From Camelus ferus (taxonomy: Eukaryota), in NCBI RefSeq assembly GCF_009834535.1, contig NC_045696.1, positions 107,138,001 to 107,202,000 of the forward strand: 64,000 bases of DNA. The letters run 5' to 3'. A program made the translations under genes and the position numbers. The notes below the pieces were generated by a model. That model was not told where the DNA came from. It made no database searches and worked only from the letters and a program-made list of their open reading frames with translations. This document shows, one piece after another, positions 1 through 13,509 of the stretch; the first letter of the stretch is position 1, and every line of letters begins with the position of its first letter.

Positions 1-344
1 CTTACCTAGAAGGGGCCATGAGCAAGGCAAACACCATGACTGATTACTCTGAGTGCCCACCCACTCTCCCCCTGGCTCGACCAATGAGTGCTCTTCCTTC
101 TGCCTCCAAGACCTTTTCTTCCTTCTCCCTTGTTTTGGTAGAAAAGGCATCTCATAGGTCATCTCTGGTAACACCATTGTACTGATAATAGGATAAGGTT
201 TTAGTATTTTAATTGGTGACATTTTCCCCAAGATTTCCTGATATCTCGAAGCTCCCCCTTCTTTGAGGAACCAGACTTTCAGGAACATAAGAAAACATCA
301 GTGATGTATTCTTGGCTTTTTGTGCTTTAAAAATCATTTGGGGA

Positions 345-924
345 CATAAACCTGGAGTTTACTCTGAGAAAGAAAAGAATACTGGCAGCCTGACCTCTGT
401 TTTGCTAGGAACCATCCTGGCCCCTCCAGGTACAAAAACAAAAAATAACTTCACAGAACATCATTATCAGACAAGGCTACTATGAAACCATAATGGATCA
501 AGACAAAAACAAGACCACTCCAGAATCATGTCTGAATACAGTCAAAACATGAACATTCTTCAAGCCCCCAAAATACCCACCATCCCCCCCGACCCAGCTA
601 CTAGGAATGACGGCTACCTCTTTGCCTGTTACAGCTCCAGCTTCTGTACAGTCCTCTCTCCTAGATAAAATGTGTTAGATACTCAGTCATAGACTTACCC
701 TTCTTCCTGACAGCATCCAATCCAGAGAAAAATCCCGTTTCCTTGAACTCTTTGAAAATCTCTTAACACAAGCCCAATTCTATGATAAGTTCTTTCTAAC
801 ACCCTCTTACTGACAGCATCTCAGTTCTTTATGGCCTGTGGCTTCCCCTCACTGCACCAAGTCATAAACCAAACTTGTTCAACTAAGATGTGCTCTTGCT
901 GGTCTTGGCTGGAGGGCCTTGACG
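345..924 (+). mobile_element. Solo LTR, ERV1 class (MER90-like)
   Basis: Resembles the recalled MER90-type consensus (ggatcaagacaaaaacaagaccactcc...gacagcatccaatccagag...ttgttcaact...ggctggagggccttgac). The left boundary is approximate. Confidence 0.55.
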
Positions 925-1384
925 TTTCAAACTCTGAGGAAGTCAAGGGGGATAGTTTATACCATAAATAAAAAGATTAGAAAGAATGTGTGTGGTCATT
1001 CGAAGTTGTTTTCCCAATCCCCACCCATAGTAGACTGTATACTGCTCCATAATCTGATGAGGTGAGGCAAAGGGAGAAAAGATCAAAGCAAACACACTGG
1101 CATTTGCTGCTGAAAGATGAGTACACTCTGTGGGAACACTGGAACATCCAAACCCCGTACTGCGGTCACTGCATGGGAAGGAAGAGACCTGGACCCTGGT
1201 GAGTCCCTGAGAGGAGCGTTCATGCTGTTTACTCTCCCATCTCGCCCCATCTGCCCCCGCCAACCCACCCACACACCAGGCCAAGTGTTTGGGAGGCAGT
1301 GTTCATTACAGAATTCCCAGATAGATTTGGGGATGCAAGAGTAAGGAGGACCTGTACTCAATTCCCAGATGCAGCTCAGAACTC

Positions 1385-1783
1385 AGTCAAAGTCATGGAA
1401 CTTCCCAAAGCCCAGCATCAAGGCCCTCTGAACCCAGACATTTAAGGATTTTTATGGAGGTTCTTTACATACGTAGGATGAGTTAATCTAGCATTAGCCA
1501 CTGGTGATTGAAATCAGCCTCCAACTTGGAGGTGGGCCTAATAATGCCAAGCTTCTAGTAAAGGCTTTGCCTTCCTGGTGACCAGCTCCCCGATCCTAGA
1601 ACTGTCTATGGGCCCAGCAAGAATCACTTCCTTAGCTTAAACTCAGGTATGATTAAAGGGGCTTGTTAGGATTAACAAAAGATTCTCCTATCACTTTTTT
1701 CACTCAGGATATTCCAAAGGTTTTAGGAGTTCTGTGCCAGGAACCAGGGACAAAGACCAAATATTTATTTCTTATTATACCAT
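1385..1783 (-). mobile_element. MER21-family LTR
   Basis: The right end (tgtgccaggaaccagggacaaagaccaaatatttatttcttattat) is the reverse complement of the MER21 5' terminus. Confidence 0.75.
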
Positions 1784-2757
1784 GCCAGCATAGTGCATCG
1801 AAAGCCAAGTGGGGACAACCAACAGGATTGTGGGACCAGCTAAGACCTAAACCTGAAGAAGCCTTGTGGTTGGGATAAAGAGACACAGCTGTAATCTACA
1901 GGGACCAGTCCTTATGGACCAGATGGAAATGAGATGTTCAGAAGATGCCAGTGTGGACGATGCTGAGATGTCTTGGCATTCTGATCCCCACCAAGAATTC
2001 ATTTCAACTCCATGGAAGGGGAAGGGACAAGAAATCCTGAACTGACCAAGATTATTTACATTGGTGGAAATTAAGTGTCCATTTGTTGCCAGAATAAAAG
2101 CTCAAAATAGAAATTATGCTCTGTTCTGGAAAAATCAAAACAGTTTTATTTGGGGGGCTCTTGAGTTTATTTAATGAAATCAACACACTGCTTTGGTTGT
2201 CACCAGATCTAGGCTGTGGAAATCATGTTCACAACACCTGTGAACATTGTTTCTGAGCTAAGCTCTAAGTTCCTGAAACACTGGAAACCCTGTATTATTT
2301 GTCAATGACCGACCAGTGCCTATCAAAGTGCCAGTTTTGCATTTGTACCAGCTCAGCTATGAACCTGCTATATATCCTTAGGAAAGTTGCTTAATTGCTT
2401 TGCGATTCCATTTTCTCACCTTAAAATTAGGTAATCTACTGGCAAAAATAAAGCATGTGTTTTCACCAATTGTAGCAAAGACTAGTATTACATTGGTAAT
2501 AAGCATGAATTGCAGAATACATTAGGAAAATGTGTTTTTCTATTATATTTTGGCTATTTTATAGCCATATACTAATCAGAACTAGGTTAACTAGATTCAA
2601 CGACTCCTTTAATCCAAAGGATTCAGAGTAGTCCTTAGGGAACCTAATTTAATGACTAGATAAGGCAAATTTGTAATTAGCGTATCAACTGCTTATATGG
2701 AATTAAGTATTTCCAAAGTGCTTGAAGGTACTTGAAACAGTTTATCTTAAGTAAACC

Positions 2758-2932
2758 AACTGCTCCCAAACCTGGCTCATCATCAGAATCATATTTGGAA
2801 CTTATTCATCACCGAGATCCCTGGGCCTACCATGGAGATTCTGATTCCATGGGTCCTGGTAGGCTCTGAAATCTTCATTTTAAAAGCTTCCCAGAACATT
2901 TCAGTGATCAGCCCAGTATGAGAATCACTGCT
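2758..2932. mobile_element. MER5-family hAT-Charlie MITE
   Basis: Contains the motifs catcagaatca, agattctgattc and gtatgagaatcactg typical of MER5. Confidence 0.65.
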
Positions 2933-3766
2933 TCAGAAAAAAATTAACTGGACAATGGGAACTCCAACCCTGTTTGAATGATCATAGATTCCAAATACAT
3001 TTCTCCTTTTTATTTTGTATTAGAATATACTTTTTTCTTTTTGAAATCAGTACCTCACTAGTGAATGCTGTACTATCTGAGAGTTGCTTCAAAATAAACT
3101 GAGGACTTGAGGAATGGGCTTGGAAATGGGCTAAAATGAAAAAAGATTGGCCATAAGTTGATAATTATTGAACCTGGGCAGAACACAAGTATTCTATTTT
3201 GCCCTTAGTATTTTATTCTCTCCACGTTTGTATATGTTTGAAATTTTCCATGACAAAATGTTTTTAAAAACAAAATCATCCTTTCTCTTAATCTGATGCC
3301 CCAGTTTTAACTGTTATTAGAAGTTGGTTGTATATCCTTTCAGATACCTTTCTGGGTATTCTAAAGGAATGTCCATTTTTTTTATTCCACTTATGTGCCA
3401 ACCTTATACCAAGTCCTGTAATGAAACTGGTTTAGGAGATATGCCTGGAAAACTTTTCATAGAGAAATCTTTGCACTCCCTTCACCAACTCTCTTTCTGC
3501 TCCCCTCACTCCCACCGTCTCCCGTGTCACTCCCCATGGCAAACAGAAGGCGGCACCAGATCCCCCTGCCTGGGAACCATTACTGCATTTTCTTCACAGC
3601 CCTGTTTCTCCCCTCCTTGGGCGCTTCAGAGGCTTCGAAAGCAGCCTGCAAAGGCAACTCTGAGTTCAAATCAGAGCTCCACCACTTTCTGGTTGAATAC
3701 TTAATCTCCCTGAGCCTTGGTTTTCCCACCTGTGTGGGATGTTAACAGTAAAACTAACTCTTCAGG

Positions 3767-4234
3767 ATGTGGTATATTTATGCAATGGAATACTACTCAG
3801 CCACAAAAACCAACAACATAACACCATTTGCAGCAACATGGACGCTCCTGGAGAATGTCATTCTAAGTGAAGTAAGCCAGAAAGAGAAAGAAAAATACCA
3901 TATGAGATCACTCATATGTGGAATGTAAAAAAACAAGGCATAAATACAAAACAGAAATAGACTCACAGACATAGAATATAAACTTGTGGTTGCCAAGGGG
4001 ATAGGGGGTGGGAAGAGATAGACTGGGATTTCAAAATTGTAGAATAGATTAACAAGATTATACTGTACAGCACAGGGAAATATATACAAAATCTTGTGGT
4101 AGCTCACAGAGAGAAAAATGTGACAAGGAATATATATATGTTCATGTATAACTGAAAAATTGCGCTCTACACTGGAATTTGACACAACACTGTAAAACGA
4201 TTATAAATCAATAAAAAATGTTAAAAAAAAAAAA
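3767..4234 (+). mobile_element. 5'-truncated LINE-1 3' end inserted into a MIR
   Basis: L1 ORF2-end/3'UTR sequence (caatggaatactactcagcc...) with a poly(A) tail. 17-bp TSD aaaactaactcttcagg (3750-3766) / aaaactacctcttcagg (4235-4251). MIR-like sequence lies on both sides. Confidence 0.9.
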
Positions 4235-4314
4235 AAAACTACCTCTTCAGGGTTATTATGATGAGGAACACCTGCAAAGTTTAACTTCTGCCCCCACCCC
4301 CAAATCCTCTAATT

Positions 4315-4488
4315 TTTTTCTTACTTTCTTTTTTAAACTGATTGTGGTGATGATTGCATAATTCACTTTGTTTGTTTTCAGGGGGGTGGTTAATTAGGTT
4401 TATTTATTTAATGGAAGTACTGGGGATTGAACCCAGGACCTCATCACCCATGCTAAGCACACTACCACTGAGCTACACCCTCCCCACC
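4315..4488 (-). mobile_element. tRNA-Ala-derived SINE (camelid Vic-1-like)
   Basis: Reverse complement gives a tRNA-like head (tagctcagtggtag...gcttagcat...ctgggttcaatcccc) and an A-rich tail. TSD aatcctctaatt at 4303-4314 and 4489-4500. Confidence 0.88.
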
Positions 4489-5962
4489 AATCCTCTAATT
4501 AACATATGCTCTTGCCTCACTGTGAGTTTTTGCCAAACTCATATCCAAATCCCAACTTTAACCTTACACACGCACACATGCACGCACACGCGCGCACACA
4601 CACACCACAAATATGTTAATGTTTCAGATTTTGTTGCACTAATATAGGATAGTCAAATGAATCAAAACATTAATTATTTTCTTCAGCCTCCTCTCAACAA
4701 AAAGATGTCTTTCCACTAGGGGGATAAACTAGATAGACATATATGTGTCCCAAATATTATCTCTAAAATCCCAAGTACCTAGCTGGTCTCCTCACAGGTT
4801 TTGTCTTGTTTTTAAATCTCATTTCATCCCTTTCTTTGCAACGCTATTTAGGTATGATGAGGCAGTATCTCCAACAATAGTTTTCCAAAATGGTCTTAAC
4901 GCATTGAAACTCTTGCAACACATTTCCCAAAACCTGTTTGGGTTGGTGTTCCCTGACACTAAATTCCATTTTATATATAGGTATATCTGCCCAGAGAGAG
5001 AAAGAGACAGAGAGACTTCCAAATGACCTGGGTCAGCTCCTGAATTTCTCATTTATAATCCAGAGATATTTAGGTCCATGTATTCACAGGCAGAGGAACA
5101 TACACTTCTGTGTGCGCATCCCAGAGTGGGTGTACACAAACACATATATAAATCTCTTTCGACCCTATCATGTACATACTTTGAAAAGTTTGTTAGAAGA
5201 ACCAGACTGGTAATAATTCACTGCACCTCATGTATAATAAGCAGAAATGCACCAGCCTTTATGATGAATTGCCAGGGTAACACAGGGACATCTTGTTTGC
5301 ATTTCAATGCACCAAGTGTCAGATTCTTATTTCATTACTCGCCGGCACATTAGTGGACGGTTTTTAATTTCTTTTTTTTTCCCTTTAGCAAAGCTCCATG
5401 GAGACCTCTTGCTTTTGCCACTTGCATCAAGAGCAAGGTTGCATTATTTTTAAATGCTATAGTGTCTGGGTCTCACTCGAAATGTTGCTGAATTAACAAA
5501 ATAAATGATAGCATACGACCAGCAGTTCTATCAGGCTCTTTTTTTCTTAACACAAAATTTCTCCTGCTTTTATTGAACGCATTCTATATAAGGGGATTTG
5601 GAGGATTTGTGTTCGCTTCTTCATATTCTATGTTGGAAGGTGTTCTTTGTTTTTAGTTATGTTTTGTTTGTTGTTTTTTTAATCCAGATTCATACTGTTT
5701 CTTATGCACAGCAGTATAAAGCTACAAGAAGCTGTTCTCAAGGAAAATGTAGTTCTGAATTACCTCGTAATCTGCTGGGAGCTGCTGAATGTTCGGACCT
5801 ACCATGAAGTTCCCTGGCCCCACCCTGGAAGGTAGCAGACTAAATATGGATGGCATATAGACTGAGAGCATTTTTTTCAAAATTCTCCAAAAAAACATTT
5901 TAGGTGAACTTCCTAATATTTTCCCAGGTACATAATCGGATATAATGGAGAGTTGTTTAGAG

Positions 5963-6152
5963 CAGTGATTCTCAAACTTAATAGGCATCAGAATCACCTG
6001 GAAGGCTTGTTAAACCATAGATGACTGGGTCCCACCCACCCCCAGCATTTCTGACTTAGTAGGTGTTGGATGAGGTCTGAGAATCTGCAGGTCCAACAAG
6101 ATCCCAGGTGATGCTGGTGTTACTGACTGGGGAGTTCACTTTGAGAACCACT
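5963..6152. mobile_element. MER5A DNA transposon (hAT-Charlie MITE)
   Basis: Termini cagtgattctcaaact...tttgagaaccact, with internal catcagaatcacctggaaggcttgttaa. Confidence 0.85.
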
Positions 6153-6159
6153 CCAGGGT

Positions 6160-6365
6160 GGATTACAAGCCTGGCTCTATCGCTGACCATCTGAGTGGCC
6201 TCGGGAAAGTCACCTCACCTCTCTGAGGTTTGGAGTTCCTCATCAATAAAATGAAGATAGTAATAGCACTTTCCCCCTAAACTGATTGTTAGGAAAAATG
6301 AACCAACAAATATAAAGCATCAACCACGATGCAGAATACTTAGTCAGTGCTCAGCAAGTATTAAT
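6160..6365 (+). mobile_element. MIR SINE
   Basis: MIR core motif aagtcacctcacctctctgag...cctcatcaataaaatgaagatagtaatag. Confidence 0.8.
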
Positions 6366-6789
6366 TCTTCTCCTTTTCTCTTCTTCTCATAGAAGGGAGA
6401 TGAGAGGTCCCTGCAGTCCAATACTGCACACGGTGCAGGAATCCCTCCTCAACCTGCCTGCTGTCTCCCATCTGGGCACCTCCAGATCTGGGAAACGCTC
6501 TACTTCAGGGAATCCATTGCTTTGCGGACAGCTCTCACCAGTAGAAAGTTATGCTGGGCTGAAGTCTATCCCACTGATATTACATGCTACCGTCCTCCTC
6601 GGTCACAGAGGGAAAATCTTGCCTCTGATTTTGAAACTTTTAATTCAGGACATCCTGTGGGCTTATCAACCTAGTAAGTGGGCTTCCACAGGGGCAGATC
6701 TTGACCCGCTTGGTACACCTTGTTTGTTTACTAGTGACTTCAACGGTGGATTTATTCACTTATTCTCTCATTAAGCAAAGTATGTGAGC

Positions 6790-7615
6790 AGGTTCAGTAA
6801 GGCCAGACTAAGAGGTCTGGGCTTTATTCTTGGGTGGGGGGTTGCCTTCAACCAGTTTTAAGCCAGAGAGTGAAATGGTCAGATTTGTATTTCATAAAGA
6901 TCCCACTGACAAGAGTTTGAAGAATACACTGTGTATAGTGAGACCACAGCCAAGGAGACTGATTAGAAGATTACAGAGAAGAGGAAATGAACAGGAGAGA
7001 TGTCAACAGGTTAGAAAGAACAGGACTTGGACATCAGCGTGAAGGATGAAGGAAGGCGGCATGTCTAGGATGATGTCCAAGGCTCTGGCGGCTGAAGAAG
7101 GGTTGACATTTACTGATAAAGGTCATACTTGAAGAGTATCAAGTTTTCTAGGAAATAATCAGTCCAATTTTGGGTATGTTAAGTTTGAAATACTTCCGGG
7201 ATATCCTATAGGCAGTTGAATATGTAGATCTGAAATTCTGGGAGTAAGATCTGAACTGTAGATGTAGATGGGGGGGTCAATAACTCACATATTATAGTTG
7301 TTACAGGAGTAATTCTAGAAATTATAATTATAGGAAGGAAAAAAAATACACTCAGGGTGAGATAGGAAAGAAGAGGACCAGGATACAACTTCAAGGAGCA
7401 GCAACATCTGAGGGGCAGATGAACCAAAAGGAATGAACCAATACAGCCAGAGAGATGGACAAAAACACCAGAGAAAGCAATAACACAGAAGCCCAAGAAG
7501 AAAAACATTGTTCACTGCAGCATTATTTACAATAGCCAAGATATGGAAGCAACTTAAGTGCCCATCAACAGATGAATGGATAAAGAAGATGTGGTGTATG
7601 TATATGTGTGTATAA

Positions 7616-7650
<35 letters not shown>

Positions 7651-8300
7651 GGAATATTACTCAGCCATAAAAGAATGAAATCTTGCTATTTGCAGCAATA
7701 TGGATTGACTTGGGGGGCATTATGCTTAGTGAAATAAGTCAGACAGAGAAAGACAAATACTGTATGATATCACTTATATGTAAAATCTAAAAAACACAAC
7801 AAACTAGTGAATATAACTAAAAAGAAGCAGACTTACAGATATAGAGAAAAAATAAGTGCTTACCAGTGGGGACAGGGAAGAGGGGAGGTCAATTTAGAGG
7901 TGGATGAATGGGAGGTACAAACTATTGGGTGTAAGACAGGCTCAAGGATGTATTGTACAACACAGGGACCAAAGCCAATATTTTGTAATAACTGTAAATG
8001 GGAAGTAATCTTCAACAATTGTATTTAAAATTTTTTCTTTTAATTTTAAGAAACTTAAAAGGAAAAAAGAAGGAGCTCAAGGAGAAAACCAAGATGAGTG
8101 ATGTGGTTAAAAGTATCCAGTACCATAGAATGAGCACTTCAGATCAACACTAAAGAGGCCCATTGGATATGAAGATCCAGAAAGGGTCTCAGTGAGAAAG
8201 TGTCTGGAGGGTGAATGTGATAAAAAAAAAAACCAGGTGGTTCAGCTCATGTGAAGAAAAGAGGGAAATGAAAAAGCAGGGACAAAGTATACAAGCTTCA
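6790..8300 (-). mobile_element. LINE-2 fragments, interrupted by an L1 at ~7506-8060
   Basis: Contains L2-type motifs such as ttttgggtatgttaagtttgaaatac...ggcagttgaatatgtagatctg. Boundaries are approximate. Confidence 0.7.
7506..8060 (+). mobile_element. LINE-1 3' end containing a (CA)n microsatellite
   Basis: Sequence ttcactgcagcattatttacaatagccaag...gatgaatggataaagaag, with (CA)n at ~7617-7648. Confidence 0.88.
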
Positions 8301-9566
8301 GAGGAATGGAGAGACACATAGATAGAATGGGTCAAAGGAGACTATTTTTAATATCTGAGAATAGTGAGTGCAGTTTCCTGTGGTGTGGGAACCAGCAGCC
8401 CTGGCCAATACTTCTCAGAAGTGAGCTCATATATTTGTTTAGGGCTGAAACTTTGTGACTGACAGTGCTCAAGAACAACAAAGGCAAAAATAATAAGACG
8501 ACCTGGGTCAGTGGGGTACAGAGATTTGATGCTTGGACTATGCTGACCTGTAAGAAAACAAAGACACTGTTTATTCTCAGGCTACTGCTTCCGAACTCAG
8601 ACCTATTGTGTCTCCAGAAAATGTAGTCATGCCTCCTCAAGAACAATTAAGCCTGGGGGAGAAGCAGAAAGATGAACCCCACCTTGGGTAAAAGGCACCC
8701 ACCATATTGCTTTGCTACGAGCCATGACGTGATGATAAAAGCCAGCTCTGGAAAACAGCTTCTCTCCCAAGTGTTCACCCACAACTCTCATCATTTATTC
8801 TTTTGATCCATCTCCCACCCTCATCCACTACAATCTCTCTCCCTGGCTCCAGGGTCTACCTCTCACCCTCTTCAATTTGTTGACCCATTCAGACCTCATC
8901 CTTGAGTTCACCTTCCCACTCCTACCTCTGCCATACTCCCAGTGTGGAAAATATCCTTAAGTCCAGCAGCTAAACTAGCTTCAGATAAGGGAGAAACTCC
9001 CTGGCCTGCCATCTTCACAGAATATACCACCAGCCAGACCAGGCACAGCCCCCAACAGGACAGGAGGTGAGAGGGCGCTTAAAGATGTATGTTACCTTAA
9101 CTGCAGCTCCATCCTTATGTCCCCTCCAGCTCAGCACAATGTCTTAAACATGTAGGTCCTTGATAATTATTTGTTAAATTGAAATGCACTTGGTGGTCCT
9201 CTCCTTTGCTGTATTTTCCTCCAAGTCCCCAGGACAGAAGTGATTCTCACTTTCCCAGGATTCCCAGGACACCCACCATAACTAGACTTCCACTGAAGCT
9301 GACTCCCCTCCAACCAAAGTGGCATGCTTTGCCCACCACTCTCCATCCAACAGATGGATTCTCATGTAGGTGTCCAAGCCCATCTGGTCCTGAAGCCTGT
9401 GCTCTTCAAGACTTAGGGATTCTGCTGTCTTCACTCATCCACATGACATTGTACAAGGAGGGGAATGTCCTGCCACCAAAGGTTTCCTCTCTTCTGCAGG
9501 CATTATGCCCTATCCCTGAACAAATTTCTGGGACTTTAGTCCCCAAGAGAGCCCACTGATTCTCCT

Positions 9567-9686
9567 AGGCCTGGGACTTGGATGAGACAAGAGGCTGAAC
9601 TTGCACGTGCACAACCCTGAGAGTGAGTGCCCCCTTAAATTTTGCACCATAGGAGTCTCAGTCACCTCACCGCAGTCCTGGCCATA
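9567..9686. mobile_element. MER96-like hAT-Tip100 MITE (partial)
   Basis: Sequence accctgagagtgagtgcccccttaaattttgc...cctcaccgcagtcctggcc matches the recalled MER96 arm. Confidence 0.7.
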
Positions 9687-9761
9687 CATTCTCTTAAGGA
9701 TCTTCTAGTGATATTATAAAAAAAAATACTATTTGAAGATGTCTAAAATTATCTCATTTCT

Positions 9762-12517
9762 GGAGTGATGTCCCAACCTAAGACATCCCTCATCCATGCC
9801 TCCCACACTTCAACAGTGACAATTTGGCAGCCATGCACAGATGCGGGAGCTGTGAGATCCAACACCATTCACCAAGGGACCCGGGAGGGGTCCTGCCCAC
9901 TCGTGTGTCAGACAGTAGACACAGAGACCTTTGTCCTGGCTGCAGATGCTGCAGGGGCCCATGAACCTGCTCCAGCCCCTCTCAGCTGTGGTCTGGGAGC
10001 CCCTGGAAAACACTGTCTTAGCCAATTACCCACAGACAAAAAAGCCTTTGTGGAAGTCCAGGTTTCCAGTGGAGAAGTTCCAGCACATCACTGGAGAAAA
10101 ATATGCAAGCGTGAACACAATGGAGAGAGTAAGAGGAACAATTTGACTTTACCTGCATCACCTCTCTCGAAGGCAGTACAGCTCAGAGCCAAGAGACATC
10201 TCCTCTTCTCAGCCTGTGATTTCTCCCACAGGGGAAGGTGAGTGTTCCAGTGAGCACCTGACTTTCCTACCTGCACAGGCTGCTGCCAAGGAGGCCCATT
10301 TCTCTCTCACTCCATCCAGAGCGTTGAGTCATGAGCTGCATGACGCGGGGGCAGGAAGAGGGTGGGAGAGCGGCACAGAGGAATCTTGGAGGACATTAGA
10401 GGGATGCAATCCTACTAACTGTATCAAGGACTCCATCAAGTCCGCCCACAACTATTAGGGACATCTGGCCCATGGATCCCCCAGCCGGCCCATGGGCAGC
10501 CACAGTGCTCTGAGCGCCTCACCCACACCCCCCCCCCACACTCAGCGGTTGGCTCTCACTGTCTGCAACCAATGGCAGCGAGAGCAATCTTGGGCAGATG
10601 GCTGATGGGCAAGCGCAGAAAGTCAACCCAGATCTGCGGGCCAGGAAGAGACCACAAACTTGAGCTTTAGCGCTTCCTCCAGAAAAATTAAAGGGAGGCT
10701 GTCCAGGCATTATCTGGTGTGTTGCAAGATGAAGAGAAGGAGTGCAAGCTTGAGAATTCTTTCACACGAGGGAGGACGAAGTTTGCAGTAACTGTGTCCA
10801 TAGAAGAGCTGAGAAAGCCTCAGAAACCCTAGCAGGGCTAATGGAAAGTATTCCTCTCCTGAAGTCAGTAAAGACAAGAGGAGGCGACTACTTCAAATGC
10901 AAAGATAGCAACTCAAGACTTAAAGGAACGTGAAAAAAATCAAAGAAACATGACACCACCAAAGAGTTACAATAATCTTCCAGTAATTGACCCCAAACAC
11001 ATGGAGATCTGTAATTTGCCCAATAAAGAATTCAAAATAAGTGGTTTAAGGAAGTGCGATAAGCCACAAGAAAAACACAGAAACACGATTCAATGAAATC
11101 AGGAAAAAAAATACTCGATTGGGAAAGTTTCCTCCATAAACAAAATTGGGAAAACTGGGTAATCACATGCAGAGGAATGAAACTGGACCTCTATCTTACA
11201 CCACAAAAATTAATTTAAAATGAATTAAGGATTTAAACATAAAACCTGAAGCCATAAAATTCCTAGAAGAAAAGATAAGGGAAAAGGCTCTCTCACATTG
11301 GACTTGGAAACACTTTTCTTTAGATATGACACCAAACACACAAGCAACCATGCAAAAGTAAATATGTGGGACTACATGAGACTAAAACACTTCTGCACAG
11401 CAAAAGGAACAATCAACACAATGAAAAGGCGACGAAGAATATATTTGCAAATCATTTATCTCATAAGGGGTGAAGAGCAACAATACACAAGAAACTAATA
11501 TAACTCCACAGCAGAATTAATTAATTTATTAATCCAATTAAAAATGGGCAGAGGATTTGAAGAGACATTTTTCCAAAGAAGACATACAAATGGCCAACAG
11601 GTACATGAAAAGATGCTCACCATCACTAACTGTCAGGCAATTCGACATCAAAACCACAATGAAATATCAACTCACCTGTTAGAATGGCTGTCATCAAAAA
11701 GACAAGAGATACACCAGAGGTAACACATGAGGCAAGGATGTGGAGAAAAGGGCACTGTTGGCGAGAATGTAAATTGGAACAGCTACTATGGAAACAGTAT
11801 GGAAATTCCTTTAAAAATTAAAAATAGAACTACTGTATAATCCAGAAATCCCACTTCTGGGTATATATCCAAAAGAAATTATCAGTATCACAAAGAAATA
11901 GCTGTACTCCCATGTTCATTGCAACATTATTCCCCATAGGCAAGATACGAAAACAACCGAAGTGTCCATCTACAGATAAATGGATAAAGAAGATCTGGTA
12001 TGTATGTATATATTAATACACATGGATATTATTCTGCCACGAGAAAGAAGAAAATCTTGCCATTTGTTAGAAAATGGATGGCCTTTGAGGGCATTATGCT
12101 AAGTTAAATGTCAGACAGAGAATGATAGTTATCATGTGGCATCACTTACATACAGAACCTAAAAATGCCAAACTCCTAGAAACAGAATAGAATGGTGGTT
12201 GTCAGGAGCTAGGTGTTGGGGAAAATGGATAGACTGGTCAAAGGGTACAAATTTCCAGTTATAAGGTAAATAAGTTCTAAGGATCTAGGGTACAGCATGG
12301 TGGCTATAGTTAATAGTTATATACTTAAAATTTGCTAAGAGTAGATCTTAAATATTCTCACCACAAAAAAAGGAAAGGTAATTATGTGAAGTAGTGGAGG
12401 TGTCAGCTAACCCTACTGTGGCAATCATTTCACAATAAACAAGTTTCTCAAATCATCATGTTGTACATTTTAACCTACACAATATTATGTGTCAACTATA
12501 CCTCAGTAAAGTTGGAA
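9762..12517 (+). mobile_element. LINE-1 (L1MA-type) with 5'UTR, ORF1 start, internal deletion, ORF2 end and 3'UTR
   Basis: Starts ggagtgatgtc. ORF1 N-terminal sequence at ~10930-11110 joins directly to ORF2 C-terminal sequence (tgggaaaactgg...aatgaaactggac). Perfect 17-bp TSD aaaattatctcatttct at 9745-9761 and 12518-12534. Confidence 0.88.
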
Positions 12518-12627
12518 AAAATTATCTCATTTCTATAAACCTATTTCTACTTTATACTAGTCTTGTGGGTATGCACAGAAATATCCTGGAATGGGAATGA
12601 TTTTGTTGGGGTTGAGTGTTTGGAGGA

Positions 12628-13090
12628 GTATCTTAGCCTAAGTTCCCTGAGACAAGGGTGATGAGCAGACAGTTTATCTGAGAAGCAATTTCTAGAGACC
12701 AAGGAGAATGAAACAGTACAAGGAGGGATTGACAAGGATGCTGTTGAGTTGAGCATCACCATGGGCAACCGGTGATGCATCTGGCCCGGTTCTCCTGAGG
12801 AAACATACAGAAGGTCTCTCAGAATTATGGCCCCAGAGGATCAACGTGGAGAAGTCTTTATCCACTGGCTTCCATCCGTCTTGGTTGAGGGTTGTCACAC
12901 CTCAAGGCTGTGCGTGGATGAGTCTCCAGCAGCCTCCCACTGACATCCCCTGCCGTGGTGTCACAGAGGCCCAGGGGGAGTAGAAAGAGATACAGAGCAC
13001 ATGCTTAAACCAAGGTGTTGTCAAAGAAAGTCCCCACAAAGCCATCTGCTATAGCCAATCCTGCAATAAGAACTGAGATAAAGAGAGTAT
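12628..13090 (-). mobile_element. ERVL solo LTR (LTR33/LTR16-like)
   Basis: Terminal tcttag...gttccctgagac and internal tttatccactggcttccatcc...ggttgagggttg resemble LTR33/LTR16. Confidence 0.55.
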
Positions 13091-13509
13091 GAAGTGTCCA
13101 AAATGGGGTGGGTTTTTTTACTTCCCTTTATGATGCTTTTTAATTTGCAGGAATTCTTTTAATAATAAGCATGTGTTATGTGTATAATGATAGAGTTAGG
13201 ATTCTTTTTTTTTAAAACAAATCCCTGTTTGAGAAGGAGCCCCGATGGAGGAGTCCTTTGCCAGGTACTCCACAATTTTTTTTTTTTTTGAGATAATTTC
13301 TACATTGGAACTGGCCTTGAGGGCTGACTGGATGGCAGGCCTGGTGACACGGGCCATACCCTTGTAGGAGGGAAGATCTTCTGTAAATCCATGGGGTTCA
13401 ACTTGGACTGTTTCTTCCTTATATGTAAGTGCCCTCCCCCCAACCCAACCTCCCACTCCACAGACACACAGGACCAATTCCCCTGGCTTTAAATAAAATT
13501 TCAGTTTGC

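Noticed and set aside
5712..5830. Possible + strand exon (acceptor tttcttatgcacag; open frame IKLQEAVLKENVVLNYLVICWELLNVRTYHEVPWPHPG)
   Set aside because: The donor (AAG|GTAGCA) is weak, the peptide is unrecognised and there are no partner exons. It cannot be supported without RNA data.
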